A stretch of 62,923 bases of DNA, filler included, from Octopus bimaculoides (Eukaryota): assembly GCF_001194135.2 (NCBI RefSeq). It is 7 parts of 7 records of this genome, joined end to end, with 100 filler letters (N's around TTAATTAATTAA, not from the genome) between each part and the next. Parts side by side here need not be neighbours in the genome. Positions count along the whole stretch, not along the records: positions 60,761 to 62,923 come from NC_069000.1; 6 more parts are not named here. One strand, given 5' to 3'. This document shows positions 60,962 through 62,923 of the stretch, in pieces (position 1 is the stretch's first letter; each line of letters starts with the position of its first letter). The notes beneath the pieces are model-generated. The model saw nothing but the letters and a program-made list of their open reading frames with translations, made no database searches and had not been told where the DNA came from. The translations under genes and the position numbers were made by a program.

Positions 60962-62638
60962 CAGATACACAATTTCGTATCTGAAATTCCTAAAACTGAA
61001 AGTTTTTTCACAGACGTCGTCTGCATTCTAAAGCTCGCATTTTGCACCAAATATGACCAGATACGTCCCACATTCAATCCCCATCACTTGTGTCTCAGCG
61101 CTCCTCCTTTTATATGTGCCTCTGATGCACGTTGATTTCTTTTTTACGTTTTGTGATTTCTATAACGTTGAGGACTGTGAATATTTTCCTGTAAGTAACA
61201 GTGAGAAGGATATATATATATATATATAGTCGATAGCACTGAAGACAGAGTTACCGTAGAAGCTTGATCATGGTGCAACTGAGCGGTGTTTTACAGATGA
61301 TTTTGGTGCGGAAATTACCTCAGGACATGATGACATAAAGAAGCAGAAATTAGTTGTTGAAGTTTTGCCGTGATAGTGATGGATAGAAGATAATGAAAAA
61401 TCAGAAAACATTGCATAGGGAAAACATTGAAGATCTTCACCCTGTACTGAACTTCATGCTTGATGCTGCCGACAGAGGTGTAAGAAGCCAAGACTTCTTG
61501 AAAGAGTTCAGTTTTAAGGATACTATTTATGTACGTGTTAATGCTGAGAAAAACAAAAAACATTACTAAATTAACATTAAAGCATGCTCGGCACAAACTT
61601 TACCTACAACTACGTTCGAAAAGAATGAGCCTTTAGATAAAAGAAATTTGAAGGATTCTATGTGACTAGCGAGAAGATATTAGACTTCATTGTTTATGCC
61701 AAAAGTGTGTCCACTGAATATGTAACTAATTTAGAGGCCGCTGATCGAAGAGGTGCTGAACATCGACAATGATGAACTTGTGCATTCCTTGAGTAATGAA
61801 GAAATAACTAAAATGGCGTTGAATAAAGTATGAGATTAGCTGTGATGATGCTGATGGCATTGCGAATACAAGTGAAAAAGAATTCCCATAGAGAATATGG
61901 TGAAAATGTGTGATTAGTTAATTGCTGGCATAAAACTAGGTGAATATATTAATGAGTGTGAGATTATGGCGACTTACTCAATTAAAAAGCGAACTTGAGA
62001 TTCCAGTTCCTGTCTGTCCATCAAAGGCTTAACACCAACTTGAAGATGACGGTTACCATGACAGTGATGACGACATTGATGTTACCCCTTCTCAAGAATC
62101 TTCATGCTAGGTACAAGTTTCCGTAAATACGTTTAGCTTAATCTGAGCTTGTTCGTGTTTTAAGTTTATGGTCTGTCATTATTCCTATTCATTTACCAGT
62201 TTATTACTATACAAATAAATTATATTATTCATAGTCTTTATCCCACTCAGCGTAAATATTCATAACACTAGGCGTTTGGTATGTAGGTGTTTTGTTTAAT
62301 GTGTAGTTTTACATCATCCTAATCTAACCAAAATTCTGCTAAGTTAGCAAAAACTTCAACATGTCCTACTCACCAAGACGTATAAATACTCTAAATGCAC
62401 TGTAATAGTATCCTCTATGGTCTGAAAAGTTAAGTTCAACTTACGATCGACACATACAAATCAGAGTTTTGCTTACAAAGTTGGTGGGGATGACCTAGGC
62501 TATTTTTCAGAACCACGACTTCTAGTTGAGGATATATACCTTATGGGCATACTGTGCTGCCATTTCCAGATCCCAAAAAATTCAGTTTCGAAATATATCG
62601 TGTCTCAAGGGTTTAGGATAAGAAATTGTGCATCAGTG
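60962..62638 (+). mobile_element. pogo/Tigger (JRKL/TIGD-like) transposon, internally deleted and decayed
   Basis: TIR-like ends CAGATACACAATTTCGTATCTGAAA / TTTAGGATAAGAAATTGTGCATCAG. Peptides KLDHGATE...DIKKQK (psq HTH), MKNQKTLHRENIEDL fused to FMLDAADRGVRSQDFLKEFSFKDTIY, and DFIVYAKSVSTE...EEVLNIDNDELVHSLSNEEI...IPIENMVKMCD. Confidence 0.82.
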
Positions 62639-62864
62639 TATACGTGTGTGTGTGCGCGCGCGCGCCCGCATGTCTGTGTGTGTGTGTGAGAGAGAGAGTC
62701 TATGAGAATTACCTAATACAGTTTTGAAGTGTAAAGGTGATGTTTTTTAAAAAATTGTTTTTTTTTAAATGTTACAAAATCTTTTATCAGTATGTTAATA
62801 ACATTTTTTGAGAAGTTCTTTTCCTAGTGTGATATATATATATGTGTGTGTGTGTATATATATA

Positions 62865-62923
<59 letters not shown>

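Overview
AT-rich, gapped metazoan genomic DNA. The repeat families and microsatellite density suggest a coleoid cephalopod, probably Octopus; this is an inference and no search was run. I found no recognisable intact host protein-coding gene. Nearly all ORFs in the track are artefacts of N-gaps or microsatellites, or are decayed transposon fragments. Recognisable elements: several tRNA-derived SINE families (Meta-like, V-domain-like and others); RTE LINE remnants; at least four R4/Dong-type RLE non-LTR remnants; three Penelope-like (PLE) remnants, one ending in a candidate type I hammerhead ribozyme; mariner, maT, pogo/Tigger and hAT-Charlie/Buster DNA transposons and MITEs; many microsatellites. 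Most interesting: (1) the PLE hammerhead; (2) a SINE-like element with a structured ~95-bp 5' hairpin module that covaries and is tandemly reiterated at three loci; (3) a head-to-tail stack of about eight Meta-type SINEs of mixed subtypes; (4) R4-like elements associated with (CATA)n; (5) two large fold-back structures; (6) scattered splice signals that may be 5' exons of a large minus-strand host gene (weak). Element ends are approximate unless a TIR or TSD is quoted.
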